Shown: piece by piece, positions 40,251-42,702 of the stretch
Layout: every line of letters starts with the position of its first letter
How positions within the stretch are numbered: the first letter of the stretch is position 1
Notes under the pieces: generated by a model
Database searches by the model: none
Seen by the model: only the letters and a program-made list of their open reading frames with translations
Told to the model about the DNA's origin: nothing
Translations under genes and position numbers: made by a program
Assembly: GCA_021787855.1 (NCBI GenBank)
Contig: JAJYLI010000003.1
Span: forward strand, 1-42,702
Direction of reading: 5' to 3'
DNA: 42,702 bases
From: a bacterium
GTDB taxonomy: Bacteria; Gemmatimonadota; Gemmatimonadetes; Gemmatimonadales; JACORV01

Positions 40251-41707
40251 AGACCTCCCTCGGCCAGCACACGGTCCTCCGGCAGGACCTGCGCATCAAT
40301 CCGCGCCTCTACCAGGCGATGGACCTGCTGTACATGCCGCTGCTCGACCTGCAGCAGCACCTCAAGCAGGAGCTGATGGTCAACCCGTTCCTCGAGCTCC
40401 TGGAGCCCGAGGAGGAAGAGGAGGAGGCGCCCGCCACCCCCGCCGAGCAGCGGGACGCCGCCGAGCCGGGCGAGGCGCAGGCGACCAACTGGGAGGACAT
40501 CCTGCTCTCCGGCTTCGACGAGGGGGAGTGGCGGCCCGACACCAGCGAGGCGCGCGAGTTCACCGAGCCGGTCTCGGTGCAGACGCACGACCTGGCCGAG
40601 TACCTGCGCGACCAGCTCCAGCTCCTGGAGCTGACCGACCGCCAGCGGCTGCTGGCCGAGGAATTCATCGGCAACATCGGCGGGGACGGCTACCTCTCCA
40701 CCTCGCTCGAGGAGATCGTCGCCGGCGCCAACCAGATCCTGACCGAGTTCGCGGCCGACCGCCCGGACGCGCCGCCGCCGCCGCCCTACAGCCTGGCGGA
40801 CGCCGAGACCCTGCTGCCCGTCATGCAGAACCTCGACCCGCCCGGCGTCGCGGCCCGCGACCTGCGGGAATGCCTGCTGCTGCAGCTCCGCGACCGCGGG
40901 CAGACCGGCTCGCTGGCCTACCGCCTGCTGGACGAGGCGTTCGACGACCTGATCGCGCACCGCTGGAGCGACCTGGCCAAGCGGATGAGCCTGGACGCCG
41001 GCGAGGTGCAGGGGGCGGCCGACGAGATCGCCAAGCTGGACCCCAAACCGGGCCTGCGGTTCAGCACCACCGAGGGCGACTACATCATCCCGGACCTGAT
41101 CGTCGAGAAGATTGACGGCAAGTACCGGGTGTTCCTCAACGACACCAACCTCCCCCGCCTGCGCCTGTCGCGCGCCTACCAGGAGGTGGCGCGGGACAAG
41201 AAGAAGTTCGTGGGCGAGAACCGGGAGTTCATCACCCAGCGCCTCAACAGCGCCCAATGGATGATCCAGGCCATCGAGCAGCGCCGCCAGACCATGCTCA
41301 AGGTCATGAACTTCATCGTGGACCGGCAGCACGACTTCTTCGAGAAGGGCATCGAGCACCTCAAGCCGCTCACGCTCCGCGAGGTGGCCGAGGTCATCAA
41401 CATGCACGAGAGCACCGTCAGCCGGGTGACCAACGAGAAGTACGTGCAGACGCCGCGCGGCGTGCTGCCGCTCAAGTTCTTCTTCTCCAGCGCGCTCTCG
41501 ACCACCACCGGCGAGGACGCCAGCGCCCGCGCGATCAAGGCCCAGATCCAGAAGCTGGTCGGCGACGAGGCGGCGCACGAGCCGCTCACCGACCAGCAGA
41601 TCGTGCAGAAGCTGCGGGAGAAGGGCGTCCGCATCGCGCGCCGCACCGTGGCCAAGTACCGCGACCAGCTCGGCATCCTCTCGGCGCGCATGCGCCGCCG
41701 CGTATGA
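40247..41707 (+). CDS. rpoN: RNA polymerase sigma-54 factor
   Basis: Gln/Leu-rich region I, NPFLE, DPPGVAARDLRECLLLQL, HESTVSR and RpoN box ARRTVAKYR. Confidence 0.97.
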   Translation: MKTSLGQHTVLRQDLRINPRLYQAMDLLYMPLLDLQQHLKQELMVNPFLELLEPEEEEEEAPATPAEQRDAAEPGEAQATNWEDILLSGFDEGEWRPDTSEAREFTEPVSVQTHDLAEYLRDQLQLLELTDRQRLLAEEFIGNIGGDGYLSTSLEEIVAGANQILTEFAADRPDAPPPPPYSLADAETLLPVMQNLDPPGVAARDLRECLLLQLRDRGQTGSLAYRLLDEAFDDLIAHRWSDLAKRMSLDAGEVQGAADEIAKLDPKPGLRFSTTEGDYIIPDLIVEKIDGKYRVFLNDTNLPRLRLSRAYQEVARDKKKFVGENREFITQRLNSAQWMIQAIEQRRQTMLKVMNFIVDRQHDFFEKGIEHLKPLTLREVAEVINMHESTVSRVTNEKYVQTPRGVLPLKFFFSSALSTTTGEDASARAIKAQIQKLVGDEAAHEPLTDQQIVQKLREKGVRIARRTVAKYRDQLGILSARMRRRV

Positions 41708-42660
41708 GCCTCGCCGGCGGACGCGGCGCCGTGGACGTGAGCGTCCTGGTCCCGGCCAAGGACGAGGCCGAGAACCTCCCCGCCTTCGTGGAGCAGGCCG
41801 CCGCCGCGCTCGCCCCCGCGCCGTTCAGCGCCGAGGTCGTGGTGGTGGACGACGGCAGCGCCGACGACACGCCCAGGATCCTCGCCGAGCTGGCCGCGCG
41901 GCACCCGTTCCTGCGGTGGGAGCGCCACCGCACCCGCCAGGGCATCGCCGACGCCCTGCGCACCGCCGGGGAGGCCGCGCGCGGCGACGTGCTGGTGTTC
42001 TACCCGGCCGACCTGCAGTACCTGCCCTCCGAGATCCCCGCGCTCGTGGCCCCCATCCTCGCGGGCGACGCGGACCTGGTGACCGGGATCAAGCAGGGCC
42101 ACTACGAGAAGGCCTTCGTCTCCGGCATCTACAACGGCCTGTGCCGGCTGCTGTTCGGCATCCGGGTCACCGACCTCAACTCGGTGAAGGCCTACCGCCG
42201 CGCGGTCATGGACGCCGTGCCCTCGCGCCCCGACTGGCACCGGTTCTTCGCCGTCATCGCCAGCGCCCAGGGCTTCCGCCTGGCCGAGCGGCCCGTCACC
42301 CTGATGCCGCGCCGCGCCGGCCACAGCAAGTTCGGCCTCGGCCGCATCCCGGTCGGCGTGATGGACCTCCTCTCCGTCTGGTTCCAGCTCAAGTTCGGCC
42401 GCAAGCCCATGCTGTTCTTCGGCGTGACCGGCACCGTGCTGTTCGCCCTCGGCTTCCTCGCGGGCCTCGCCGCGCTGGTGATCCGGTTCGGCTTCGGCGT
42501 GGGCTTCCGGCCGCTCCTCAACCTCATCGAGACGCTGGTCATCTCCGGGATCGCGCTGTTCGGCTTCGGGTTCCTGGGCGAGATGCTGGCGGGGCAGAGC
42601 GAGGAACTGCGGGAACTGCACCGCCAGATGGGCCGCCGGACCCGGGACCGGGAGGACTGA
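41704..42660 (+). CDS. GT2 family polyprenol-phosphate glycosyltransferase (ArnC/DPM1-like) with two C-terminal TM helices
   Basis: VSVLVPAKDEAENL, VVVVDDGSADDT, ADLQ..P.EIP, DLNS.KAYRR, R.AG.SKF, FLGE. Confidence 0.85.
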   Translation: MSLAGGRGAVDVSVLVPAKDEAENLPAFVEQAAAALAPAPFSAEVVVVDDGSADDTPRILAELAARHPFLRWERHRTRQGIADALRTAGEAARGDVLVFYPADLQYLPSEIPALVAPILAGDADLVTGIKQGHYEKAFVSGIYNGLCRLLFGIRVTDLNSVKAYRRAVMDAVPSRPDWHRFFAVIASAQGFRLAERPVTLMPRRAGHSKFGLGRIPVGVMDLLSVWFQLKFGRKPMLFFGVTGTVLFALGFLAGLAALVIRFGFGVGFRPLLNLIETLVISGIALFGFGFLGEMLAGQSEELRELHRQMGRRTRDRED

Positions 42661-42702
42661 CCCAACCCGGCCTCCGGTGGTGACTTGGCGACGTGAGAAC
42701 CG

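Noticed and set aside
42684-42702. TTGGCG near the window end as a possible sigma54 promoter
   Set aside because: No GC at the -12 position (GG-N10-GC not met), and the context is truncated.

Overview
Very GC-rich bacterial chromosomal window made almost entirely of housekeeping genes. Gene content and order suggest a diderm, Gemmatimonadota/FCB-like organism, which is an inference. It holds 44 CDSs, all on the + strand and mostly joined by overlapping stop/start codons. Block 1 is the end of the complex I operon (nuoD' to nuoN), a phosphohexomutase and a UPF0182 protein. Block 2 is arcC-sucC-sucD-[PTS-EIIA-like/CBS fusion]-ndk. Block 3 is yceD-rpmF-plsX-fabHDG-acpP-fabF-mqnEAC-purE-ispF-dedA-xerD plus a secreted hypothetical protein. 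Block 4 is kdsB-pyrG-kdsA-kdsC-kdsD-lptC-lptA-like-lptB-rpoN-GT2. I saw no RNA genes, CRISPR arrays or mobile elements. The strongest leads are: (1) an EIIA-His/CBS fusion inside an operon of nucleotide-phosphorylating enzymes; (2) LptB with an extra ~155-aa, possibly winged-helix, N-terminal domain; (3) a sigma54 -24/-12 site laid over the sigma70 promoter of the rpoN operon; (4) window-wide avoidance of RTCGAY; (5) D-(S/T) enrichment in exported proteins; (6) a probable CTG start for dedA; (7) a doubly coupled 26-codon ORF between nuoL and nuoM; (8) a CX5CX2C motif in MqnE. All counts were made by eye and no database searches were run.
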